A DNA stretch of 63,499 nucleotides, filler included, from Reticulomyxa filosa (Eukaryota; Protista; Foraminifera): assembly GCA_000512085.1 (NCBI GenBank). It is 17 parts of 17 records of this genome, joined end to end, with 100 filler letters (N's around TTAATTAATTAA, not from the genome) between each part and the next. Parts side by side here need not be neighbours in the genome. Positions count along the whole stretch, not along the records: positions 36,043 to 43,254 come from ASPP01013482.1; positions 43,355 to 44,703 come from ASPP01036479.1; positions 44,804 to 46,087 come from ASPP01042964.1; positions 46,188 to 48,200 come from ASPP01021244.1; positions 48,301 to 51,596 come from ASPP01001484.1; positions 51,697 to 57,258 come from ASPP01026476.1; 11 more parts are not named here. One strand, written 5' to 3'. Positions 41,030 through 52,433 of this stretch are shown piece by piece; the stretch's first letter is position 1, and every line of letters starts with the position of its first letter. The position numbers were made by a program, and so were the translations under genes. The notes under the pieces were generated by a model. That model saw only the letters and a list, made by a program, of their open reading frames with translations, was not told the DNA's origin and did not search any database.

Positions 41030-41908
41030 TTATTTTGCTTTTTGAGTGACTCTGGCCCCATTCAACCCTGCGTCTTTGAGAGTTTGGTGAGGATTAACCA
41101 ATGGCTCCGGAGGAAATCCAGCCAATAAATCGAATGGCTTATTATATCCGGAAATCCTATCACAATAGGAAAAAAATTTTTTTGAGTAGGCCCCTTGCAG
41201 GCAAATAAATAAAAAGACTACTTAAACGCTTTGACGTGAGCAAACAATTCCAAAACGGTGTGGGTGTTATTAAATTTCTGTGTCACTTTTTTTCCATTCA
41301 ATAAAATCAGTTGAACTCGAATACCTTCAGATTTTTCATCCACATGTGCTTCTTTTGCGTCACAGTCGCTCAAATTAACAGTTTTTTCAGATTTTGAGGC
41401 CAATGTGTGGCCTGCTCCCTCAAAAGCTACAAATTTGGGCACCGTTACCTTGAATTCTTCATTTTCACGATTGACCACATTGACTCCCAATGATTTGGCA
41501 TCATCACCAAATTTTTCACGCAGTATTGGTGTTAGCTCCTCTGGTAACTCCCTTTTTTTTTTAAATTTCTTTTTCATATAAAATCTTTTTTTTTAGGAAA
41601 AGTAACCCTTTTTTGATGCTTGCAATAAATTCTCGATTTTGAGGATTTTCACTAGATCGAAATTCTCCATCCTCGCCAATCTTAAAACCATTCTTGTAAA
41701 TGATGATTGCTTTGTCAAGATTTCCACTGGCTTTTACCCCTTGTGCTTGCTGCTTTTGCATCAACGAGTTAAGATCGTCATCGTTGTCCTTCACTGGTCT
41801 CAGGACTCCTGTGCCACTCTGTGCTCCGTCCTGACTAAACATTTCAAATTTTTTACCATCGCTTTTTTCACCTTTTTTTGAATCCCAAACACTGCGAATA
41901 TTTGCCAT
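41030..41908 (-). CDS. SHP1: p97/Cdc48 cofactor p47/Shp1-like (SEP + SHP box + UBX), 3 exons
   Basis: SEP domain (IIIYKNGF..GEFR...N.EF..SIKKG|ELPEEL), SHP box FVAFEGAGHTL, and UBX domain (IRVQLILLNG..FNNTHTV..LLAGFPP..TLKDAGL). Introns at about 41552-41606 and 41157-41223. Confidence 0.9.
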
Positions 41909-43354
41909 TTTGTTTGAAAAGAAATGAGATTATTCTGGGGCCTCGACTTGGACAAACCTTGGTTCACAAAAAAAAAACGAGACCCTATGTGCGTGTGCTA
42001 GCGAGATAGTCAACAGTATAATCCTTTTTTGTACTATCAACAAAAAAAGTTGTTACTTATACGATTGGCCACAATATTTGAGGCTATTGTTATCTTTCAC
42101 ACAGAAACAAATATTTTAATTAAACTTTACGTTTTCAATTATTTTTAAAGAAATTAAATTGTATTCTGTTCACGTATTTATGTGGAAAAAATCCATTTGA
42201 ACATAATAATAATAAAAAATCACTCAAAAATCAAGTGACGTTGTCATGGCTGGCTTGTTGTACATTGCCAACTTTCAGAAAATTTAACATACTTTTCTTA
42301 CTCTGGCGAATGAAGATACAAATATTGGAAAATTTGAAAATAATTTAGAAGGAGTGCATGAATTGATTAATTGATGAAAAACAAATAATAATGATTTGAA
42401 GTAATTATTGAATGGTATAATATTATTGCTTTGCAATTTTGCGTGATGATTATACAAATGTTCATTGTCATTGGTAGATGTACAAATCATGAAAAAATAA
42501 AAAATGCATGAAAATGTGAATATAAGAATTGTTAAAACTGCTAAAAACATATAAAGAAAGAGATAATGGAATTATTGAAAAAAATGTTCTCAATTGAAAC
42601 AATATTTAAAAATACAAAGCAAAATGATTGTATTTTTTGAACTATTTGTTTCCTTTTTGCTATGATAAAGTATGTATCCACATTAATCTTGTCCATTTTT
42701 ATGAATAACAAATCCCTTTTTTACAGGTCAATAACAAGTAATATAAATATAACTTGAACAAGCTTCTTTTATCCAAGTTTTCAAATAAATCGATCACAAT
42801 TTATGTAAGACAAATTCAATGATGAATATAAGTGGTTGCTTCTACATAACAGTTTAGCAATTTTTTTGGAAATTTTGATTATTTCATTGAATGCAATTAA
42901 TAAAGATAAATATATATATATTGAGCATATCGATTTGTTCGTAAGAGTTTTGTGCTTGCTTCACTTTCACTATTACTATCCATTCGCTCAAACTCATTTG
43001 AGTTAATACATTTTTGGATTTAGTCATGTTTTCTTAAGCTCGAATATCAGAATTCTAAAATGATGTCGAATGATTCAAATTTTACTACTGAGTGAATAAA
43101 CTGGAATAAAAGAATATTATTTTTCTCAAAGACTACGAATGATACAAGCATAATTTTTTTTTAAAGTATCTACTTGACTTGGAGATTTCTAAAATGTAAA
43201 CAAAAAAATTTGAAAATTTCTTAATTTTAATAAAAGTACAAATGATACGCATTCNNNNNNNNNNNNNNNNNNNNNNNNNNNNNNNNNNNNNNNNNNNNTT
43301 AATTAATTAANNNNNNNNNNNNNNNNNNNNNNNNNNNNNNNNNNNNNNNNNNNN

Positions 43355-44703
43355 ATATTCTTTTAGTGTGAAAAGCGTGGATTATTTTAGAACCAATTTC
43401 GGTCTTGTTATTGGAATGTAAACCACCCTGCATTGTTGGTTCATAACATGTATCCTTTAGTTCGATTAATATTATCACTTCATTATCGGTACATTCACAA
43501 AAGATAATGCGACATCAAGCATTGATGCCACATTATGTTCATCGTCTATTTTTCTATTGATTAGTAATTGGAGAACTGATGACGTTGCAATCAGGTCATC
43601 TCCCAATTACGTTCAATATCAAAATCACGTGGTCTTCATCACAAATTGAACGAAAGATTGAGATATGGAATCTGAGAAGTAACAAATGAACATTGATAGT
43701 TGGATGCAATCTATTGATTCAATTGATCGAGAGATCAATATTTTTTGGATAAAGTAGTAGAATCTTGGATTAAATGTGTTGTTGAAGTTGAAGAAGCGAC
43801 AATTGGTATCAAGACAATTTGGAAAGGCAACAAGCCATGGCAGAGTTATAGTTTATGTCGATTACGAAAGATAGTTCAAAATTAAAAAACAGATTTCATA
43901 AACAAAGAACGCCAAGGGATTTGATGACCTACCAAGCAATTGCGAAGGAAATAAACAGTATTTATTCGCTGCCTGAAGGGGATACAAGAAATTTATTCAC
44001 AAGCCTGATAGATCATAGTAGTGCAAGGACCATATGTCGATTGCATTGCTATCGAGTGTTGGTAAATTGATGAAAAAGAAATTAATGTGGTAGTTGAATG
44101 AAAGGCAGCTATTGCATCAAACACAAGCAGGATTGCAATCTTGGCATAACACAGATGAGCTTTTACTGAAATTAACTGAGACTATTCACAAGTCATTCAA
44201 TTACAATTCAGTGATTTATTGCAGAATATAATAGTGTTTGGAGAAATGAATTTAAATTAGATTGTGATTGATAGCTTCTTATCAGATCAATTTGGGGGGT
44301 TGTATTGAATGTAATAAATTCAGATTGGATATAATTAATAATTTACCAACAGTCGTCCATCAATCTATTCAATGTGGAAGGTTTGCTGATAAGTGGCGCT
44401 TTGAATATCGATATTTATAATTGATGTCGATGAAATAGCTGATCAATTGCAATCATTGCAATAAAGTCTGGATGAATTATCCATTTGGTCGAATAAATTG
44501 AAGATTTTACTTGCAGCTGATAAGACACATTGCATCACATGTTAATTAAATTATTGCAAAGCAGCGATGAAGCTTGGATATTTGACAGCATATATTTGAC
44601 ATAATTATGTTCATACAAATATGTTATACTAAGTTTATCCACATTATCATTCATCCTAGTCAAGTATGCATCGGCATTTTGGAATATTGCATATAATTGT
44701 AAA
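43355..44703 (+). mobile_element. Decayed non-LTR retrotransposon (LINE) ORF2: APE endonuclease end and reverse transcriptase remnants
   Basis: GTF...SSIDATLCSS..W..(D)HLPITF is the APE C-terminus. IALLSSVGKLM..LLHQTQAG.Q matches RT motifs 1-2, IQCGRFAD is the YADD box, and LQ*SLDELSIWSNK..DKT follows. Many stops and deletions. Confidence 0.85.
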
Positions 44704-44803
44704 NNNNNNNNNNNNNNNNNNNNNNNNNNNNNNNNNNNNNNNNNNNNTTAATTAATTAANNNNNNNNNNNNNNNNNNNNNNNNNNNNNNNNNNNNNNNNN
44801 NNN

Positions 44804-46087
44804 TATCTTTCATCCTTGGCAACAAAGGCTATTGGTACTGTTGATGCAATTTGAGCAGCATCATTGTTGGAAGGGCTCAAATATCAATAGCATTTCTACA
44901 GGCAATCCAAACATTGAACGTGATCAATCAAATTATTAATATGGTTTCCAATTCATTGGTATCATCATCGGATAAATGCATTGTTCGATAAAGGTATTAC
45001 TTGAAAAATATTTTGAACAAAATTGCATTGATCAATTGGAACTAGAGGAAGACACAAGCTACAAGTATATCGACGATCATGAATATCACCTTATCACAAG
45101 TCACCACCGAATATGAAGGAAGCAATGTGCATTCATATCCATCGTCTTTCGTTTTGATATATCGCAATTACAGCTCAAGAGTGGATTGCTTCGTGATAAG
45201 CTCACAAATCAGTCCACACAATCCAAGAAAAGAACGAAAAGATAAATTTATCGGGGAGCTTTGGAAAAAAAAATGGCAAACAACGAAACAACAAAGAACA
45301 AACATCAATCGGGTACGAAGAAAAGCAGCTATATTTGAAGTTTGGTGTGTATATATATATATGTTCTTTGAATCATATGTTCAGTAGCTGTAATATGTCT
45401 TCATCAAAGCAACGTGAATCTAGATCCTCCCGTGGTGAAGTGCTGAACTTTTGGTTTGTAGCGAGATAAAAAGTAGAAAAAAAAAAAAAGAAATGAAAAA
45501 GAAGATGCATTAATATGGACAAATAGTCTCAGGAACCATCGCAAGTAATACGAATAAGCCATATGGAAGAGAGACGACAACTACGACGTATTGGTGCAAC
45601 GAGTGTGAACTTATGACCAAAAGTAAGATGACATGAGAAAAGGCTGATGATGATGATAGATGCAATAAATCCATAAGGGTGTGCCGATACGTATAAATAA
45701 ACGCAAGTGACAATGTAAAATGTTATATGGTTGTGATCGCACAACATTAAGCGTTAAAGATACATCCAAAGTCAGCCGTGCAAAATTTAATTTATTCCAA
45801 ACTATCAATGTGCGCAATTTGATCAATTATCTGGTTGGTTAGATATTGCCGTTGGATGCCTTCAGATGTATTTGTGAATATGTTGTATGTAACCCTAAAT
45901 GTTACATTCACATCAAAGGTTTATAGAGAAACCCTTCAGATACTCAAATTGGTAATACTTTCGTGAAAAATATTGCAATTGAATGTACATTGTAATTCTA
46001 TCAGTGATTGTATTGGCATTGTCAATCAAGATTGGTAGTAAATGGTTGGATTATTCATATATTGCTTCATTGATTCAGATGCACAAA
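44804..46087 (+). mobile_element. Probable further decayed LINE fragments
   Basis: Same composition and decay pattern as 43355-44703. AKFNLFQ..LDIAVGCLQ near 45780-45870 recalls the APE N-terminal K....DI..LQE motif. Weaker evidence. Confidence 0.45.
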
Positions 46088-46250
46088 NNNNNNNNNNNNN
46101 NNNNNNNNNNNNNNNNNNNNNNNNNNNNNNNTTAATTAATTAANNNNNNNNNNNNNNNNNNNNNNNNNNNNNNNNNNNNNNNNNNNNCCAACTCCGGGTT
46201 TTTAAAAACCCGGAATTCAAACCCTTTCGGTTCCAACTCAAAATTTTTTT

Positions 46251-46950
46251 TTACATATATTTCCAGAGAAGGCTAAGAATGGTAAGGGACACAATTCCCA
46301 AACCAATAACTTTTGGGTTCAATGTTTTGGTCACATTTTGATTCTGATTTTGGACATCTTTTAAAGTCCAATGATGAGCACCAGAATGCTCATACTGACT
46401 AGATTTCGATTTGGGTTTGAAGTTTTTCATTTCTTCCAAATATTCACGTCTTTTTTGTTGAACATATGGATTGTTCAAAATCCCATGGGTTTTTTAATTT
46501 CTTCTAACTTTTCATTTAATATGTGTGCAGTTGGTCCCTGCACAAAAATTTTTTTTATTTTTTCCAATTATTCTATTTAAAAATTTTTGAAGCTCGACTT
46601 TTTTTAAAATGGTGTGACTTGTTTGGCATTGATTTTTAAACATACAAATAAATGAGAAACGTAGCTCCTTTGTTCTTTATTTCTTCTCTGAAGTTGTTGT
46701 TGTCAAAATTACTGGAATTAAGATTTTTATACGCTTCCACAACTTTAGCGTCTGGGTCTTTGCGTGGTTTTTTGTCGGTTGGACCCTTGGAAACATTCTG
46801 GGTATTGCCTGTTTTGGGGCTGTGTCGCCGTACCGACAAAAGAGTGGCAGACGCACTTTTGTACCCCATTAAAATGCTTTTTTGACCAAGAAATTTTGTC
46901 CAAAACAGGCGACTAGGCCAAGCTTTGAGTGAAATGCAGGCAAGGGTCAT
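46251..46950 (-). CDS. Hypothetical, probably mitochondrion-targeted protein with a C-terminal TM segment
   Basis: Basic, acid-free N-terminus (..SATLLSVRRHSP), an intron at about 46538-46660, and a last ORF ending in VIGLGIVSLTILSLLWK. Confidence 0.55.
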
Positions 46951-47461
46951 TTATTTCTTCCTTGAGTTTTTTTTAAAACAAAAAAGTCTTGCAACTCTTT
47001 CTGTTCCCTGTTTAATCGGATTTCTATGAGTGCCCACAGCATTTAAATTAGACAAAAATTCCTTGTAAATTATGAAAAAAGTGTCAAATTAACTTTATTC
47101 AAAAGAAAGAAGTGTACTGAAAGAGTTCATCTTGTGGATTCTGTTTGTGGGATGCAGCGCTTCTACAAATTCATGGATAACCGTTTTTCTAAAAAAAGGT
47201 TTCTTTTGCAACGGGATAATGTAGTACGTATTTAGCCCGTTTGCAGAAATTTATGATTATTTTAATCAGTTGCAGTGAACTTTTTGGAAAGAGAATTGAC
47301 CTGGAAAATTATACATTGTATTGTGTAAAGTGCTGCAGTGTGTGAAAGAAAAACAACCATAACAAAAACCATCATCTCAACTTCAATCTCTCCGTATCTT
47401 ATTATAGTCTAAGGCCAATCACTCAGCAACAGATTAAAGTGAACACAAGAAAAGCAAAAAC

Positions 47462-48062
47462 ATGGCATCGACGGCATCACAGACAACCGATCCTCCGTTG
47501 AACACATCCTACCAAGTATTGACGGACGTAGTGGGCACATCAAACGAAACTCTGTCCAAAAAAGTAGTGTTATCCTTGGGGAACTTTGATACCATTTTGG
47601 TAATGTACTCATTTTTTTTTGGTTTTTTTTGCAAAAAAAAAAAAAAAAACCAAAACGAAAAAGTTGGGAAAAGGACAAGAAAAGAAGAACAGGTTAAAAA
47701 AAAAATCAATAATTTTTTGCAATTGAATTGTTGTCGTTGCTAAAAAAAATGACGTTTTGGCAATTTTGGAATGGATTCAAAAGAAAGCAAATGTTGAAGT
47801 CGCTTCCAAAAGATGTGAATATTCGAGTGTTTCGTAGTATTGCAAAGGCGACAACTAACCCAAGACAATGTTACGTTTGGACCCCTTTTTTTTTTTTTTT
47901 TAAAAAAAAAAAGATTATAATCAAGTGAAACAAAATAAAAATAAAAAAGGGTGTGGAGAAACCTGGTCCGCAAAATTATTGGCCGAGACGGACAACCAAA
48001 TGACTGACGCGATAATAAAGATTTGCGCCCAGTTTGCATCTGAGCAATTGTCTCGAATGATG
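47462..48062 (+). CDS. 5' exons of a hypothetical protein
   Basis: Short coding-like blocks (47462-47599, about 47750-47875, 47950-48062) separated by T/A-run introns that start with GT. The contig ends in poly-A. Confidence 0.5.
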
Positions 48063-48169
48063 GTTAGTTCACTGAGGGTCGAATTGATTAATAATACCCT
48101 TTTGCATCGCGCTCCCCCTCCTCCCCCCCCAAAAAAACGCATAAAAACACACTAAAGAAAAAAACGCAC

Positions 48170-48200
<31 letters not shown>

Positions 48201-48300
48201 NNNNNNNNNNNNNNNNNNNNNNNNNNNNNNNNNNNNNNNNNNNNTTAATTAATTAANNNNNNNNNNNNNNNNNNNNNNNNNNNNNNNNNNNNNNNNNNNN

Positions 48301-49038
48301 AGTGTGTTTGATTTAAATACATTTCAATTTATTAAACATGATACTTTACCAAATAATAATTCAATATTTTATCATTGCTTTGTATCAAAATCAGAAAATG
48401 GACAAGTACAAGAAATGATGAAAACAAATCAAAAAAATAAACAAAATTATCAAATGCTGTTGTTTTGTAAAAATACAGGATTATCAATTGAATATGATGA
48501 AGAAAACAACACTTTTAAATTTCAGAAACTACATGTTTGTAATGATATTGCATCATTTAATTATTATGCATATGTGTGTATCAATGACGTTATCTTGTTC
48601 TTTGGTGGATTGAATTTTGATTATGTTGTTTCAAAATCAGTGCACAAGTATTCAATTCGAGAAAACAAATTGATAACATTTAAAAACACTTTACCCAGTC
48701 CATTAAGAAGCTGTGTTGCAATATTAAGCGAAGAAGACAATGATATACACATAATTGGAGGGTTCAATGATAAAGATATAAGAGTATCAACTCACATGAA
48801 GACAAAATTGCGTGTATGGGATCATTCACAGTTGGTAACGATTTGCTTATTTATTTTGATGAACACAAATAAACTATGTTACATAAAACTGACTAACAAA
48901 TGATAAATAATAAATAACGAACAGTCAAAAAAGGAAATGAAGTTTATTATTCAATATTGGACTCAAGCTTCAAAAATAAAATTAGGATGGATCGATGATT
49001 TTGATAAAATTATTATGAAATACAGTGGAATGAAGTAA
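48301..49038 (+). CDS. Kelch-like beta-propeller protein, 3' part, 2 exons
   Basis: ILFFGG..SKSVHKYSIRENK..TLPSPLRSCVAIL..IHIIGG, an intron at about 48835-48923, then a last exon SKKEMKFIIQYWTQASKIKLGWIDDFDKIIMKYSGMK*. Confidence 0.85.
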
Positions 49039-49494
49039 AGTATAACATATTGATATAATTGATTTTTGATGAAGAAATATATATAAATTAAGCAATCTTT
49101 AAATATGTTTTTAAAAATTTACAATTTGAGCATGTTCAAAAGAATATTTATTAAAAAGACAAAAACGGTTATAAATATTTTTTCTTTGCAGAAATGCTTG
49201 ATTTCAATGAAATAAGTTATATTTGTGATAAGACTTGACTCGATATTATATTATTGTTGCTGCGATAATACTTTTTTTTTCATTTCCTTAAATTTACTAT
49301 CATAATTTCAAATATCAAACCAACCATTTTTTCAAATACTTCTATATCCTGCATTTTAACTTAATTTTTAGCTTCTTCACTTTACAAATACAGTAGAATA
49401 AAAAAGAAAGCTGATACCTAAAAAGGCACTTTATGAAGACGATGATTTTCTCCATGAAAAAGGTATTTTTCAAAAATACTTAAAAAAATTGGCA

Positions 49495-49770
49495 AATTTC
49501 ATCACAAATGCATGGTCATAATATCCACCAAAAGACAGCACAGTGATTTAACTGTTATCTTTATTGTTGTTATCTAACAGTTTCAATACACAGTGTCCAT
49601 CTAAGTAAAGACCATTTGGATACTCACAGGTAAACTTACACTCCTTTTTAATTGTATGATAAGAATAACAAGCTCTTTGTTGATAACATCCACAAATGAG
49701 GAGTTCGTGTTTGTTTAGCACCTATTGAGATAGAGAAAGTGGAATGCGCAACTCCTTCAAATTTTGAAAG
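49495..49770 (-). pseudogene. Kelch-family N-terminal pseudogene fragment
   Basis: FQNLKELRIPLSLSQ*VLNKHELLICGC..CYSYHTIK..GHCVLKLLD..NS*ITVLSFGG has two in-frame stops. Paralogue of 23670-23887. Confidence 0.85.
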
Positions 49771-51335
49771 ATTTTGTTGCTCATGTTGTTAATGTTGAGG
49801 AACTATGAAGTAGTAGAGATTTTGTTAAAATGGAGACTCATACGAAAAAAGTAAAAAAAGTATATAATTTGACTATGAAACAAAAATTATGGTTTTTTTA
49901 TTATAAGAATACAATGTTGATTGTATCACACAATATTATGATTATAATCGCAAGATTATTTTGAAAAGTTCAAAACGTTTTTAATACTATTAAGAAGTCT
50001 TTGGAACATTGAAATTTAACAAGATACATACTTGTTATTTTGTATTCTTTTCCAAAAACAAAGCGAGATCAGCTTAAAACCCTATTGCGTGAGGTTTAAC
50101 AAGTTTTTAATTGTTCTATATTTGATGGAAAATGTGGAGATTGAAATGCATGTTGTCTTCAGAAATGAAATCTGTTCCAAATATGCACTTGCCATTTGAT
50201 TATCAAAGAAACCCAGGTCCAACAACTCTCTGGATACCAAAGAACATTTGAATCCAACATATATTTACAAATTAATCTATCTTTCATTTGAACAATCGAG
50301 TCAAATATTAAGAGGGCACACATTTACAGCTCCATATGCCAAGTTAAAGTGCAACGTACTATTTTTTTTTTTTGTATTTATAAAATTATTTAAATAAAAT
50401 AGGAGCAAGATGTTTCATACTGCGACCAAGAAAAGAGGTGATGCTATGCAAATTGAAGCTGGTTTGTTGTCTGAAGCAATTACATTTTTTTTATCGGATT
50501 ATTATATAATTCTCCATAATTTTTTAAACTTAACTGAATCTCATATCTCAAGTATTTCAATATGCAAATATTTTTTTTAATTTTTGATATGGTAAATTGA
50601 GATTTGCTATCAAGGTGGTATGTTCTAAACAGGGATCACAATATTAATGCAGGACTTTTTAGAGCGTTTAGGTTGTTTGGAGCGTCAAAAACGGTATTAA
50701 TTAGGTGTGTTTTTGCTTTGCGGACAAGAGAAAAAAAGGCAAGCAGCTGTAATTTTTCTGAATATTTTAACAAACTGTTTCCCATTAATGAAAATAAAAC
50801 GTTATATATGATCGAAATCACTAAAAAAAAATAAACTATAAAAACAGATCCATAAAGTGCATAGTTGTTCGAGTCAGTAGTTTCATTTAAACGTAAAAAA
50901 AGAATATACAAAGATATAATGCACATGATAATTATTGTCCTTTTTTTAATTTGTATTACTTTACTTTCTTTTTAAAAAGAACAGATATACACAAGCCAGA
51001 AGATATGATGTAAACAAGTGGACTGCAAGCTTGTTGTCACCATTAAAAGACAAAAATGTAAAGTTCTTTTTAAATCCGAAAAGTACTTCGGTTGAAGACG
51101 CATGCCTCGTGGTGTAATATTTTTCTTGGGGTGACGTGATTGTACTGAAAAGATGTTGTGTGTGATGTCAGTTAAAAGCAATTTTCAAAAATTGACAAAA
51201 AACAATTGTTCTTTATGCATGGGACAAAAACTGATAAATACGTCTTAATGAATTTGTAATTTTTGGAGGCTTGGTGAACATTAAAAATTTGTTCTTGAGC
51301 TCGACAAATAAAGTAAAGTGCATCAAAACAAATTT

Positions 51336-51450
51336 AAAAAGAAGCAAAGTAAGGAAAAAGCAAAAAAGAAAGAGTTAAATAAGGCGGCGCCTCAGGCGCC
51401 GCCCAATTTAACTCTTACTTTTTGCTTTTGTCTTCCTTTGCTTTTTTTAG
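51336..51450. repeat. Imperfect palindrome (arms about 55 bp) with a GC-rich core hairpin GGCGGCGCC-TCA-GGCGCCGCC
   Basis: The left arm aagcaaagtaaggaaaaagcaaaaaagaaagagttaaataaggcggcgcc nearly matches the reverse complement of the right arm, aagcaaaggaagacaaaagcaaaaagtaagagttaaattgggcggcgcc. Confidence 0.9.
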
Positions 51451-51696
51451 CTTTCCGAGCTCTACAAAAGTGTGTTTTTGGTGTATCTTTTGAAATCTCA
51501 ACTGTATCGAGTAAAACTTTTTCTACGTATGGGCGACTTTGCCAAAATGAGAGCATGCGTCATATCTCTTAGTGTTTTCAAATATGTATTTTTCATNNNN
51601 NNNNNNNNNNNNNNNNNNNNNNNNNNNNNNNNNNNNNNNNTTAATTAATTAANNNNNNNNNNNNNNNNNNNNNNNNNNNNNNNNNNNNNNNNNNNN

Positions 51697-52433
51697 CCTT
51701 TCATTGCGACATATTGCCATGATTTCAAAAACAACACAGCCAATCGAGTATTTCTTCCAACCAATTCCTCTCTCATGTAATATACTCGAAGTAATGATAA
51801 TGATGCAATCATATTCTTTTCTAAAAATCTTTTATATAATTTACTTATTTTATCCATTTTTTCGATATGTTTTCGATGTATTGGTGCTTCATCAATCAAA
51901 TCATAAGCAGCAATTTCTAATTGGTCTGGAGTAAATGGATATAGGTGGACATTGTTTTGAGTGTAATGAAATTCACAATATTGTCTTTTCGAAAAAGTCC
52001 AACCTACTACAATATGATATTCCAATCTTTTCCAATTGATTTTTAACGATGACTTCGAATGTCTCAATATTTTTATTTTATCTGTGCAAAGTTCTTTTTT
52101 TATTTTTTCAATACATTGTTTGATCCATTTGAGAATATCATTGTGTTTTTTTCGGAGTGAATCAATATTATCATAATCTAAATGCGCCTCTTTTAAATGA
52201 TGTAAGAATACCAAATATCCACAAGATACATTAGGAATGGCAAGTTGTTTTTGTACACATCCAGATAATGTCACTCCATAAACACATGAAAACGGGCTTT
52301 TTTTGTTGTAGTGTGACCTTTCTTTGTGTTTGTCCTGTAAACTGTTCACAAGATCGTTGCCAAGCTTATAATACAACCCAGTGCTAACTGTTAGATCTTT
52401 GATTTTTTCTTCCAAGAACTTTTGAGATGTCAT
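51697..52433 (-). CDS. 2'-5' oligoadenylate synthetase (OAS)/cGAS-fold nucleotidyltransferase-like protein with a degenerate active site; 3' truncated
   Basis: YGVTLSGCVQKQLAIPNVSCGYLVFL resembles OAS [35 protein letters not shown] resembles VEFDVLPAF. ASLSLLRVYYMRE..RNTRLAVLFLKSW resembles CFTELQRDFLK..KLKSLIRLVKHW. Confidence 0.65.

Noticed and set aside
23670-49770. Alternative genetic code (stop-codon reassignment) suggested by in-frame stops
   Set aside because: Conserved genes (SUB2, p47, SDR, bromodomain) have no internal stops and end in TAA or TGA. The stops in fragments are of mixed types and co-occur with deletions, as expected for pseudogenes.
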